Assembly: GCA_027493945.1 (NCBI GenBank)
Contig: JAOSJU010000003.1
Coordinates: forward strand, 22,078-86,077
Origin: Burkholderiaceae bacterium
Lineage (GTDB): Bacteria; Pseudomonadota; Gammaproteobacteria; Burkholderiales; Burkholderiaceae_E
Direction of reading: 5' to 3'
DNA: 64,000 nt
Shown: piece by piece, positions 22,100-32,621 of the stretch
Numbering within the stretch: position 1 is the stretch's first letter
Layout: the number at the start of each line of letters is the position of its first letter
Program-made: the position numbers and the translations under genes
The notes under the pieces: model-generated
Seen by the model: only the letters and a program-made list of their open reading frames with translations
The model's database searches: none
Told to the model about the DNA's origin: nothing

Positions 22100-22114
22100 C
22101 TACAGGAATTCGCC

Positions 22115-22525
22115 ATGAACCGTACCGCCACTGACCTGCGCGTGCTCACCGAACTCGACCACGTGCGCATCGACCGCCTTCTGTCGCGATCGCAGCAACC
22201 CTCCGGCGACGCGCTGCATTCGGTGCTCGACGACGCCGACATCGTGCCGAACCGGCAGGTGCCGGCCGACGTCGTCACGATGTACACGCAAGTCCGCGTC
22301 GAGGATCCGCGCGACGGTTCACTACGCAAGCTCACCGTCTGCTATCCGGAAGACGCCGATCCCGCGGCCGGCTTCGTCTCGGTGCTCTCGCCGATCGGCA
22401 CCGCGCTGCTCGGCCGGCGCATTGGCGAGACGACCGAGTGGAGCGCTCCCGGCGGCACCGTCCAGAGGCTGCGCATCGTCGAGTTGCTGTTCCAGCCCGA
22501 GGCGAGCGGCGACTTCACGCTGTAG
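22115..22525 (+). CDS. rnk: GreA/GreB-family factor (regulator of nucleoside diphosphate kinase)
   Basis: VPADVVTMYT, YPEDAD, VSVLSPIGTALLG, FQPEASGD. Confidence 0.85.
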   Translation: MNRTATDLRVLTELDHVRIDRLLSRSQQPSGDALHSVLDDADIVPNRQVPADVVTMYTQVRVEDPRDGSLRKLTVCYPEDADPAAGFVSVLSPIGTALLGRRIGETTEWSAPGGTVQRLRIVELLFQPEASGDFTL

Positions 22526-22548
22526 GCGCGATCGCGCCATCGCCCACG

Positions 22549-23196
22549 GTGGACCCCGCCGACTACGACGCCTGGTACGAGACTCCGCGCGGGCGCTGGA
22601 TCGGCGAGCGCGAATGGCGGCTGGTCTGCCGCGGGCTCGACATGCGCCCCCGCACGAGCCTGCTCGACGTCGGCTGCGGCACGGGATGGTTCAGCCGGAA
22701 GTTCGCGCGCGCCGGGCTCGCGGTCACGGGGCTCGACCTCGACCGCGCGGCCCTCGCTTTCGCGCGCGAGCATTCTCCGGGCAACATCGCCTTCATCGAA
22801 GGCGATGCGCGCCGACTGCCGTTCGCCGATGGCGCGTTCGACCAGACCGTCGCGCTGGCCTCGTTGTGCTTCGTCGACGACTGGCCGCTGGCGATCGCCG
22901 AGATCGCCCGCGTCACGCGCCGGCGCTTCGTGCTCGGCCTGCTCAACCGCCACAGCCTGCTGTGGCGCGAAAAAAAAGGTCGCAATGGCGGCCGGGGCGC
23001 CTACCGCGGCGCGCATTGGCATACGCCGGACGAGCTGAGACCGGCGCTCGGCGCCCTGCCGCTGACGGCATGGCGCTTGCGCTCGGCCATCTTCCTCCCG
23101 TCAGGTGGAATCTTCTCGCGCGCCATCGAGCGGGTGCTGCCGCCACAGCTGCTTCTCGGTGCATTCCTGGTGGCCAGCGCCGAGATGCCGGGCTGA
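22549..23196 (+). CDS. Class I SAM-dependent methyltransferase
   Basis: YDAWYETPRG, LLDVGCGTG, GDARRLPFADGAFD. Confidence 0.85.
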   Translation: MDPADYDAWYETPRGRWIGEREWRLVCRGLDMRPRTSLLDVGCGTGWFSRKFARAGLAVTGLDLDRAALAFAREHSPGNIAFIEGDARRLPFADGAFDQTVALASLCFVDDWPLAIAEIARVTRRRFVLGLLNRHSLLWREKKGRNGGRGAYRGAHWHTPDELRPALGALPLTAWRLRSAIFLPSGGIFSRAIERVLPPQLLLGAFLVASAEMPG

Positions 23197-23213
23197 CGCG
23201 CCCGGCGCGCCGA

Positions 23214-24172
23214 TCAACCGGCAGCCAGCGAGCGCACTTCGACCCGGCGCGCCAGCCGCTCGGTGTCTTCCTCGAACGCGAGCCGCGTGCCCGGCGCGAG
23301 CAGGGCCGCCGTGCCGCCGGCAACGCCATGCGCCAGTGCCTCCTCGAGCGTGCCGCCCGAGGAAAGACGCCACAGCATTGCGGCGACGAAGCTGTCGCCC
23401 GCACCGACCGTGCTGGCGATCTCCACCGGAAGCGCCGGCGCGCGCAGGACCCGGTCGCGCGCGGCGAGCAGCGCACCGCGATGGCCGAGCGACAGCGCGA
23501 GGAGTTCCGCCTTTCCCGCTCGCACCAGGGACTGCGCGGCACGCGCCCAGTCGGCCTCGTCCTCCAGCGCCTCGCCGGTGAGTTCGCGCAGTTCGCGCAG
23601 GTTCGGCTTGACCAGGTAGACGCCCTCCGCGAGCGCCGCGGCCAGCGGCGCGCCGGACGTGTCGAGCACCATCCGGGCGCCGCGCTGGCGCGCCGCGCGC
23701 GCAAGGCGCGCGAAGAAATCATCCGGAACCCCGGCAGACAGGCTGCCGCTGCCGACGACCCGGGCGGGCGCATCGGCGCAGGCCGCAACCGCGTCGATGC
23801 AGGCCTGCCACTCGCTATGCTGCAGGTGCGGACCGGGCAGGACGAAGCGGAACTCGCGGCCGCTCGCGCGCTCGAGCACGGTGAAGCTCTCGCGCGTCTC
23901 GCCCGCCACGTCGATGGCGACGCCCGTCACCCCTCCTCATCGAGCAGCTCGCGCAGCAGGCGCCCGAGAATCGGGCCGGCCGGATAGACCGCGGTGCAGC
24001 GCGCACCGAACCGCGTGAGCACGCGCGCGACGTTGATGCCGCCGCCGCCGGCGTCGCGGCGCACGTCGGTACAGCGCAGCTTGTGCTCGGGCGTGATCTC
24101 CGGGGTCGACATCGACACGTCGATCGCCGGGTTCGGCGTCACCGTCATGATCCTGGATCGCGATGCTGCCAT
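23214..24172 (-). CDS. 1-phosphofructokinase-family (PfkB) hexose kinase, frameshift near 23930
   Basis: TPNPAID, GGGGINVAR, KPNLREL, STVGAGDSF; one G missing from a G-run. Confidence 0.87.
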
Positions 24173-24366
24173 GCAACCTCCGGGGAAATGGAAAGGATAC
24201 CCGGCGGCGGCGGCACGCTTCGCCAGGCAGCGCCTGCGGGCGACCTGCCCGGGCCTTGCGCTGTGTCATTGCGCCCGATCGACTGTACCGGCACGATGGC
24301 GCCTGATCCCACGTTGCGATACGGTTTCGGGGGCGGCAGTTTTCGACACGCATTCGAGGAGGTGAG

Positions 24367-24676
24367 ATGGACGCCAGACTCGCGGAGAAGATTGCCTCCG
24401 ATCCCAACTACCAAGGCGCTGGTGAGCAGACGCTCGCGCTTCGGCTGGCAACTCGCGATCGCGATGCTGATCGTCTACTACGGCTTCATCCTGCTGGTCG
24501 CCTTCGGCAAGGAATTCCTGGCGACGCGGATCGGACAGGGCGTCGTGACGGTCGGCATTCCGGTCGGCTTCGGGGTCATCGTCTTCACCGTGGCGATCAC
24601 GGCCTTCTACGTGAATCGCGCCAATCGCGAGTTCGACCGCCTCAACGAGGCCGTCACCCAGGAGGCACTGAAATGA
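24367..24676 (+). CDS. DUF485 (YjcH-like) membrane protein, frameshift near 24413
   Basis: MDARLAEKIASDPNYQ|ALVSRRSRFGW...YYGFILLVAF...YVNRANREFD; usual partner upstream of actP. Confidence 0.85.
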
Positions 24677-25188
24677 ACCGCCGCCCCGGTCCGACGATGC
24701 GCGCGGTCACGCTGGCCGCGCTGGTCTGCGCTCCGCTGGCCGCTTGGGCGGCCGGGGGCGACCTGGGCCCCACCCGGAAGCAGCCGACGAACTGGACGGC
24801 GATCGGCATGTTCGCGCTGTTCGTCGTCGCGACGCTCTTCATCACGAAGTGGGCAGCGTCGCGAACGAAGTCCGCCGCCGACTTCTACACGGCCGGCGGC
24901 GGCATCACCGGCTTCCAGAACGGGCTGGCGATCGCCGCCTCGGCGAACTTCCCGGTGCTGTTCCTGTCGCCGTCGGTGTGGGAGGCCACGCTGGGCAACC
25001 CGAAGGGATCGGCCGCCTTTCCGTACACCTCGCCGGCGCTGTTTTCGATGACGATCGGGTTCCTGGGGATCTGGCTGTTCTCGATCCTCGACCGCAGCGA
25101 TCGTGCGCGCCTGGACCGCTCCGGTTTTCTCGCGCAGAAGGTGCGCTCCGAGACCGGCATCGGCGCGGCGAAGGCATCCGCGCACTGA
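24673..25188 (+). pseudogene. actP: Cation/acetate symporter ActP with two in-frame internal deletions (171-aa mini-ORF)
   Basis: N-terminal NWTAIGMF...DFYTAGGGITGFQNGLAIA joins directly to C-terminal ASANFPVLFL, then SPSVW...PALFSM...RSETGIGA. The central ~370 aa of a normal ActP are missing. Confidence 0.8.
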
Positions 25189-27030
25189 ATGGCGCACCGG
25201 CCAGCCGCGCCTGCAGCGGGTGACGTGTCCGATCCGTTCGGGCACGCACCTTTCGACTTGCTCACGCCGGTCGAGCGGGCGCGCCTGCGTGAAACCTGCG
25301 TCGAGTTCGCGTTTCCGGCGGGTGGCGCCCTGCGTGCGCCATCGGGTCGGCACGACGGCGCATGGCTGGTGCGCTCGGGTCGAGCGCGGCCGGCCGACGG
25401 ATTCGATGCCTCGGCCGAGTACCTGCCCGGCGATCTCGCCGGCCTGCACGGGCTGCTCGCGGGCGACGACACCGGCTCGCTGGTCGCGCTGGAGCCTCTG
25501 ACCGCAATCCGGATTCCCAAGGCCGGCCTCCAGGCCCTGATGGCCGCGAACCCCGCGTTCGCCGCGGAGTTGTTCGACGACCTGGCACGGCGACTCAGGG
25601 CAGGCGAGCGGCGCGGCCGCAATCGCGAACGCCGGTCGATGATGTCGAAGGTGCGGGAGGCCTGGCTGCGCAAGCCGCTGTTCGTCGACGCGGCGACCGA
25701 CCTGGTCACCGTGTGCCGGGTGCTGGCCGCGCATGGTCGCACCGAGGTGCTCGTGCGCGACGGCGACCGGCTCGGCATCTTCACCACGACGGACCTTCGC
25801 GACGCGCTGCTGCGGCCCGAGCCCGCCGCAGGCCAGCCAGTGCGCGAGCTTGCGCACTTCGATCCGTTCTCGGTCCTGGCCGACTCGACCCTCCTCGAAG
25901 CCATGCAGGCGATGCTCAGGCATCGGGTGCACCGCATCGTGGTCCGTGAAGGCGACGAGGTGGTCGGCGTGCTCGGCCAGCTCGAGCTGATGAGTTTCGT
26001 CTCCAACCACTCGCACCTGATCGCGCTGCAGGTCGCGCAGGCCGACGAGATCGCCGACCTGCGCGACGCCGCGCTGCGCATCGACGAGCTGATCGAGTCG
26101 CTGCACGGCGACGGCGTGCGGGTCGAGGTGATCAGCGGCTTGGTGCGCGAACTCAACCGCAGCCTGCTTGCCCGGCTCTGGGAGCTGATCGCCCCGCCGG
26201 CGCTGCGCGAGAACAGCTGCCTGCTCGTCATGGGCAGCGAGGGGCGCGGCGAGCAGATCGTCAAGACCGACCAGGACAACGCGCTGCTGCTGCGCGACGG
26301 ATTCGCGTTCGAGGGGCTCGATGCCCTGGCCGAACGGTTCGGCGAGACGCTCGGCAGCTTCGGCTACCCACCCTGCCCCGGCGGCATCATGGTGGGCAAC
26401 CCGCTCTGGCGCCAACCGCTCGCGAACTTCCGTACGCAGTTGCAGCGCTGGATTCACGGCACCGACCCCGAAGGGCCGATGAACCTCGCGATCTTCCTCG
26501 ACGCAAGCGCGGTCGCCGGCGATCCGGAACTGCTCGAACAGGCCCGTGGCTACGTCGACCAGATCCTGCTCGACACCGACCTGTTCTACGCGCGCTTCGC
26601 GAGCGCGATCGACCGCTTCGGCGAACCCGACGGCTGGTGGGTGCGGCTGGCGAAGTCGCTGGTGCACGGCGAGTCCGAGATCGACCTGAAGAAGCTGGGC
26701 ATCTTCCCCGTGGTCCATGGCGCGCGCGCGCTGGCGCTGCAATACCGGGTGCGCGAACTGGGCACCGTGGCACGGCTTCGCGTGCTCGCTACGCAGGGCA
26801 GGCTCGACGAGGCGCTCGCGCGCGATCTCGTCGATGCGCTGCACTTCCTGATCGGCCTGAAGCTGGGCGCCAACCTGCGGCAGCGGGCGAGCGGCCGGGC
26901 TCCGGACAACCGGCTGAGGCTGTCCACGCTCGGCACGCTCGATCGCGACGCGCTCGACGACGCGCTGGCCATCGTCCGGCGTTTCCGGCACTGGCTGCGC
27001 CTGCACTACCGCCTGGACGTGCTGCGATGA
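25189..27030 (+). CDS. cNMP-CBS-DUF294 putative nucleotidyltransferase
   Basis: CBS pair, MGSEGRGEQIVKTDQDNAL (NTase GS...DxD), IDLKKLGIFPVVHG. Confidence 0.88.
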   Translation: MAHRPAAPAAGDVSDPFGHAPFDLLTPVERARLRETCVEFAFPAGGALRAPSGRHDGAWLVRSGRARPADGFDASAEYLPGDLAGLHGLLAGDDTGSLVALEPLTAIRIPKAGLQALMAANPAFAAELFDDLARRLRAGERRGRNRERRSMMSKVREAWLRKPLFVDAATDLVTVCRVLAAHGRTEVLVRDGDRLGIFTTTDLRDALLRPEPAAGQPVRELAHFDPFSVLADSTLLEAMQAMLRHRVHRIVVREGDEVVGVLGQLELMSFVSNHSHLIALQVAQADEIADLRDAALRIDELIESLHGDGVRVEVISGLVRELNRSLLARLWELIAPPALRENSCLLVMGSEGRGEQIVKTDQDNALLLRDGFAFEGLDALAERFGETLGSFGYPPCPGGIMVGNPLWRQPLANFRTQLQRWIHGTDPEGPMNLAIFLDASAVAGDPELLEQARGYVDQILLDTDLFYARFASAIDRFGEPDGWWVRLAKSLVHGESEIDLKKLGIFPVVHGARALALQYRVRELGTVARLRVLATQGRLDEALARDLVDALHFLIGLKLGANLRQRASGRAPDNRLRLSTLGTLDRDALDDALAIVRRFRHWLRLHYRLDVLR

Positions 27031-27233
27031 AGACCACGCGGGCCGATCGGCGGCTGCAGCGGCTGCTGGCGCTCTTCGCTGCCGGCTGGCTGATCTTCGA
27101 TTTCCCGTTGATGTCGCTGTGGATCCGCGATGCCACGGTGGCCGGCCTGCCCTTGCTGCCGGTGGCCCTGTTCGCGATCTGGGCCGCCCTGATCGGCCTG
27201 CTCGCCTGGACCCTCGAGCGCGAAGGCGGCTGA
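27027..27233 (+). CDS. Small two-TM membrane protein preceding the SLC5-kinase
   Basis: 68 aa, hydrophobic, FPLMSLW...GLPLLPVALFAIW; start overlaps the upstream stop (ATGA). Confidence 0.7.
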   Translation: MKTTRADRRLQRLLALFAAGWLIFDFPLMSLWIRDATVAGLPLLPVALFAIWAALIGLLAWTLEREGG

Positions 27234-27236
27234 GCG

Positions 27237-30002
27237 ATGCTGTCCGCGCCGCTGGTCCTTGCAGCCTCGTTCGCCTACCTGCTGCTGCTGTTCGCGATCG
27301 CCGCCTACGGCGACCGGCGGGCCGCGCAGCGGCGGTCGCTGATCGGCAACGCGTGGATCTACTCGCTGTCGATGGCGGTCTACTGCACCGCCTGGACCTA
27401 CTTCGGCAGCGTCGGGCAGGCGGCCACCGCGGGCATCTGGTTCCTCCCGATCTATCTCGGCCCCACCCTCGCGATGCTGGTCGGCTGGGTGGTGGTGCGC
27501 AAGATGATCCGCATCGCCCGGACCTACCGGATCACCTCGATCGCCGACTTCATCGCGAGCCGGTACGGCAAGAGCCGGTTGCTGGGCGCGCTCGTCACCG
27601 TGATCACCGTCGTGGGCATCGTGCCGTACATCGCGCTGCAGCTGAAGGCGATCTCGGCGGGCTACGCGATGCTCACCGTGACGTCGACCCAGGACAGCTC
27701 GGGCGTCGCGCCCTGGTGGCTCGACGGCACACTGTACGTCGCGCTCGCGCTGGCGGCGTTCACGATCGTCTTCGGCACGCGCCACCTCGACACCTCCGAG
27801 CGCCACGAGGGCATGGTCGCGGCGATCGCCTTCGAATCGCTGGTGAAGCTGCTCGCCTTCGTGAGCGTCGGCGTCTTCGTCACCTGGGGTCTGTTCGACG
27901 GAATGGCCGACATCTGGGCGCGCGCGCAGGCGCTGCCCGAGCTGCGAGCACTGATCGGATTCGGAGGCGGGCCGGCATCGGAAGACTTCGGCTACGAGCG
28001 CTGGTTCGCGCTCACCGTGCTTGCGATGCTGGCGGCCATGCTGCTGCCGCGCCAGTTCCAGGTGATGGTCGTCGAGAACGTCGATGAGACGCACCTGCGG
28101 CGGGCGGCCTGGGTCTTTCCCTCGTACCTGCTGCTGATCAACCTGTTCGTGCTGCCGATCGCGATCGGTGGGCAGCTCGCGTTCGGTCCCGGCCGCCCGG
28201 ATGCCGACGGCTTCGTGCTGTCGCTGCCGCTCGCCCACGGCCAGCCCGCCCTCGCGCTGATCGCGTTCATCGGCGGCCTGTCGGCGGCCACGGGCATGCT
28301 GATCGTCGAGACGATCGCGGTGTCGACGATGGTCTGCAACGACCTGGTGATGCCGGTGTTGCTGCGTACCAGCCGGGTCGGCACGCGCACCGGCGGCGAT
28401 CTCACCGGGTGGCTGCTCGGCATCCGGCGCGCCGCGATCGTGATCGTGCTGCTGCTGGGCTATCTCTACTTCCACCTCGCGGGCGAAGCGTACGCGCTGG
28501 TCAGCATCGGACTGATCAGCTTCGCGGCGGTGGCGCAGTTCGCGCCCGCGCTGTTCGGCGGGATCTACTGGCGCGGCGGCACGCGCCTCGGTGCGCTCGC
28601 GGGGCTGTTCGCCGGCTTCGGCTTGTGGGCCTACACGCTGATGCTGCCGTCGGTCGCCAAGTCCGGCTGGCTGCCGGGCGACTTCCTGGTGCACGGTCCG
28701 TTCGGCATCGAACTGCTCAAGCCGGAACAGCTGTTCGGCCTGGGCGGCCTCGACAACCTGAGCCACTCGCTGTTCTGGAGCCTGCTCGCGAATGCCGGCC
28801 TGTACGTCGGCCTGTCGCTGTGGCGGGCGCCGTCGGCGAGCGAGGCGAGCCAGGCGCTGCTGTTCGTCGACGTCTTCGAGCGCGGCGCGAGCGCCGGCGC
28901 GAACGCACCGATCTTCTGGCGTGGCCGCGCCCGCATCGAGGACCTGCTGCGGCTCGCAAGCCGCTTTCTGGGCGCCGAGCGCGCCCGACAGGCCTTCGAC
29001 GGGTATGCGCATTCGCTGGGCATACCCTCGTTCGGGCAGGTTCCGCCCGACGCGCGCTTCGTGCAGTTCGTCGAGACCCTGCTTGCCGGCACCGTGGGCG
29101 GCGCCTCCGCGCGGGTGATGGTGGCTTCGGTCGTCGACGAGGAAGCGCTTGCCATCGACGACGTGATAAACATCCTCGACGAGGCCTCGCAACTGCGCAG
29201 CTACGCGCGCGCGCTCGAGGAAAAGTCGCTGTCACTCGAGCAGGCGAGCGCCGAGTTGCGCGCCGCCAACGAGCAGCTCAAGAGCCTCGACCACATGAAG
29301 GACGACTTCATCTCGTCGGTCACACACGAGTTGCGCACGCCGCTGACCTCGATCCGCGCATTGTCCGAACTGATGTTCGAGGACCCGCAGATGGAGCCCG
29401 CGCAGCGCCAGTCCTTCCTCGGGATCGTCGTCAGCGAGACCGAGCGGCTCAGCCGCCTGGTGAACCAGGTGCTCGATCTCGCCAAGATCGAATCGGGTAG
29501 CGCCGACTGGCACGCCAGCGAGGTCGATGTGCGGGCCCTGCTGGAACGCTCCGCGCAGGCGACGGCGGAACTGTTCCGCGAACGCGGGGCGCAGTTGACC
29601 CTGCAGCTTCCGTCCACGCCGGTTTCGCTTCGCACCGACCCGGATCGCCTGATGCAGGTGGTGCTGAACCTGCTGTCGAATGCCGCGAAGTTCGTGCCCG
29701 AGGGCCGGGGCCGCGTCGAGCTGCGCTCGAGCGTCGACGCAGGCGGACTCACGGTCGCGGTCCGGGACAACGGTCCCGGCGTACCGGCCGCGGAACAAGC
29801 GCTGGTGTTCGAGAAGTTCCGCCAGGGAGGCGAGTCGGGCGCGCGGCCGCCGGGCACCGGCCTGGGCCCGGCGATCAGCCGCCGGATCGTCGAGCACCTC
29901 GGCGGGCGGATCTGGCTGGATTCCACGCCGGGCGCGGGGGCCTGCTTCGCATTCTGGCTGCCGTGGCGCACGAGCATTGAAGCCGCGCAGGGTTCGGGGT
30001 AG
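27237..30002 (+). CDS. Sodium:solute symporter (SLC5)-STAC-histidine kinase, CrbS/CbrA-like
   Basis: YSLSMAVYCTAWTYFGSVG, TSIADFIASRYGKS, LPRQFQ, STAC-like region, HELRTPLT, NLLSNA, DNGPG, GTGLG. Confidence 0.92.
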   Translation: MLSAPLVLAASFAYLLLLFAIAAYGDRRAAQRRSLIGNAWIYSLSMAVYCTAWTYFGSVGQAATAGIWFLPIYLGPTLAMLVGWVVVRKMIRIARTYRITSIADFIASRYGKSRLLGALVTVITVVGIVPYIALQLKAISAGYAMLTVTSTQDSSGVAPWWLDGTLYVALALAAFTIVFGTRHLDTSERHEGMVAAIAFESLVKLLAFVSVGVFVTWGLFDGMADIWARAQALPELRALIGFGGGPASEDFGYERWFALTVLAMLAAMLLPRQFQVMVVENVDETHLRRAAWVFPSYLLLINLFVLPIAIGGQLAFGPGRPDADGFVLSLPLAHGQPALALIAFIGGLSAATGMLIVETIAVSTMVCNDLVMPVLLRTSRVGTRTGGDLTGWLLGIRRAAIVIVLLLGYLYFHLAGEAYALVSIGLISFAAVAQFAPALFGGIYWRGGTRLGALAGLFAGFGLWAYTLMLPSVAKSGWLPGDFLVHGPFGIELLKPEQLFGLGGLDNLSHSLFWSLLANAGLYVGLSLWRAPSASEASQALLFVDVFERGASAGANAPIFWRGRARIEDLLRLASRFLGAERARQAFDGYAHSLGIPSFGQVPPDARFVQFVETLLAGTVGGASARVMVASVVDEEALAIDDVINILDEASQLRSYARALEEKSLSLEQASAELRAANEQLKSLDHMKDDFISSVTHELRTPLTSIRALSELMFEDPQMEPAQRQSFLGIVVSETERLSRLVNQVLDLAKIESGSADWHASEVDVRALLERSAQATAELFRERGAQLTLQLPSTPVSLRTDPDRLMQVVLNLLSNAAKFVPEGRGRVELRSSVDAGGLTVAVRDNGPGVPAAEQALVFEKFRQGGESGARPPGTGLGPAISRRIVEHLGGRIWLDSTPGAGACFAFWLPWRTSIEAAQGSG

Positions 30003-30044
30003 TTTCTGGATGGACCGCGGGTGCGCCGCGGAGCGGGAGAACGG

Positions 30045-30419
30045 ATGGCCGCACGGATACTGATCGCAGACGACGAAGCCAACATCGTGGTGTCGCTCGA
30101 GTACATGATGCGCCGCGAGGGCTTCGAGGTGAGCGTCGCGCGCGACGGGACACAGGCGCTCGAGGCCATCCGGCGCGAGCAACCCGACCTCGTGCTGCTC
30201 GACGCGATGATGCCCGGAATGTCCGGATTCGACGTGTGCCGGGCAGTGCGCGCGAACGATGCGCTTCGCCACACGAAGATCCTGATGGTCACCGCGAAGG
30301 GACGCGACACCGACCAGGCGCGCGGGCTCGGCGTGGGCGCCGACGCGTACCTGACCAAGCCCTTCTCGACGAAGCAGCTGCTGAGCACCGTGCGCGAACT
30401 GCTCGGACCTTCCGGATGA
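30045..30419 (+). CDS. Single-domain response regulator
   Basis: ILIADD, LLDAMMPGMSG, TAKG, KPF; no output domain. Confidence 0.9.
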   Translation: MAARILIADDEANIVVSLEYMMRREGFEVSVARDGTQALEAIRREQPDLVLLDAMMPGMSGFDVCRAVRANDALRHTKILMVTAKGRDTDQARGLGVGADAYLTKPFSTKQLLSTVRELLGPSG

Positions 30420-32621
30420 GGATCGACCGCAGGCTGCTCGCCGCGGCGCTTGCGCCGGGCGCCGCACTGCTCGCCTGGATCCTGCTCGGGTGCGCGGCGT
30501 TCTGGTTCACACTCACGCCCGAGCAGCGCCAGGCGAGCCGCGTGCTCGGGCCGATTCTCGAGACCCGCGGCATCGTCGTCGTGCTCTGGTGGCTGCTCGG
30601 GGCGTGGCTGGCCGGTTCGGTGGCACGGCGGCTCTACGAGGCGCACGTCGCGATGCCGGCGCGGCTCGCCGAACGTGCCGAGGCGCTCGTCGCCGACCCC
30701 GGCACGCCGCTGCTGGGCACGCAGCGCGGCGCGACTGCGCAGCGACTCGCCGGCGCGGTCGATGCGCTGGCGACGCAGCGCCGCTCGCTCGGCAAGGACA
30801 TCGCCCGCCACGTCGCCGAAGCGAGCCAGCGCGTGGAGCAGGAGCGCAACCGCCTCGCAGCGCTGATGTCCGAACTCACGCAAAGCGTCGTCGTCTGCAA
30901 CCGCGATGGACGCATCCTGCTGTACAACGACAGCGCCCGCGCCCTGTTTCGCGCCATGGCGCCGCAGCCGCAGGCGATCGGTGGGGCGCAGGCCATCGGA
31001 CTGGGCCGATCGATCTACACGCTGTTCGACCGGGCGCTCGTCGCGCACGCCCTCGACACCCTCGAACAGCGCATCGTGCGCGCTGCCGCAGGCACGCCGG
31101 GCCCGTCGGCGCAGTTCGTGACCACGGGGGCCTCGGGTCGCCTGGTCCAGGTCCAGATGGCGCCGGTGCGCGCCCCGCAGACCGGGCGCGACACGGCCGG
31201 CAGCCAGGCCGGCGCCCCGGGCCTGACCGGCTTCGTGCTGATGCTCGAGGACATCTCCGAGCGCTTCGACGAACAGTCGACGCGCGACCGCCAGCTGATG
31301 TCCCTCGTCGAAGGAAGCCGTGCATCGCTCGCGAGCATGCGCGCGGCACTCGACATGCTCGAAGTACCCCGACCTGGAACCCGCGCTGCGCGAGCGCTTC
31401 CAGCAGGTCATCCACGACGAGGTCGCGAAGATGAGCGATCGGCTCGATGCGGCCGCGCGCAGCGGTTCGGGCGACCTCGCCCCGCACTGGCCGCTGCAGG
31501 ACATGCTCGGCACCGACCTCGCGTCGGCCGCGGCACGCCGCATCGAGGCCGGCCTCGGAATCTCCGTCGACACCTCCGACATCGACCCGTCGCTGTGGCT
31601 CAAGGTCGACAGCTATTCGCTGGTGCAGGCGCTCGTCTACCTGGCTGGCTGCCTCGTCGATCAGTTCGGGCTGCGCGTGCTGCAGCTGCGGCTCGCCCGC
31701 GCCGACGCGCGGGCACACCTCGACCTGGTGTGGAGCGGCCACCCGGCAAGCACCGAGACCCTGATGGGCTGGCAGATCGACCCGATGCAGATGGGCAACC
31801 ACCGCCTTTCGCTGTCGGTGCGCGACGTGATCGAACGGCATGGGGGCGAGGTCTGGATCGAGCGCGAGCGGGCCCGCCACCAGACCTTCTTCCGATTCCT
31901 GGTGCCGGTCGCCCCCGATCCGCAGACCGTGCCCGAACCGGCGCCGACACTTGACGAAGGCCGGCCCGAGTTCTACGACTTCGACCTGTTTCGCGCCACC
32001 GACAGCGGCCGCGCCCTGGAGGATCGGCCGCTGGCCGAACTGACGTACACCGTCTTCGACACCGAGACCACCGGCCTCGATCCGTCGGGCGGCGACCGGA
32101 TCATCCAGATCGGCGCGGTCCGCATCGTCAACGGCCGGCTGTTGCGCGGCGAACGCTTCGACCAGCTCGTCGACCCGCAGCGGCCGATATCGGCCGCGTC
32201 GATCCCGATTCACGGCATCAGACAGGAGATGGTGCGCGGACAGCCCGCGATCGAACAGGTGCTGCCGGTGTTTCACGCTTTCGCGCGCGATACGGTGCTG
32301 GTCGGGCACAACGCGGCGTTCGACATGCGCTTCCTCGAACTCGCCGAGGCGGCCGCCGGCACGCACTTCGACCAGCCGGTCCTCGATACGCTGCTGCTCG
32401 CGGAGGCGGTGCATCCGAACCAGTCTTCGCACCGGCTCGAGGCGATCGCCGAACGCCTCGGCGTGCAGGTCGCCGGCCGCCACACCGCGATCGGCGACGC
32501 CGTCGTCACCGCCGAGGTGTTCCTGAGGCTGCTCGGGCTGCTGCGCCAGCGTGGCATCGTGACGCTCGGACAGGCCCTGGAGGCCTCGCGCAAGTCCTAC
32601 TACGCGCGCGTGAGCTACTAA
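30416..32621 (+). CDS. Membrane PAS-domain / DnaQ-like 3'-5' exonuclease, frameshift near 31363
   Basis: Two TMs, PAS (VVVCNRDGRILLYN), C-terminal DEDDh (FDTETTG, GHNAAFD, HTAIGDA). Confidence 0.85.

Noticed and set aside
24367-25188. Apparent DUF485-ActP fusion ORF (273 aa)
   Set aside because: An extra base near 24413 shifts DUF485 into the actP frame; the intervening translation is not protein-like.
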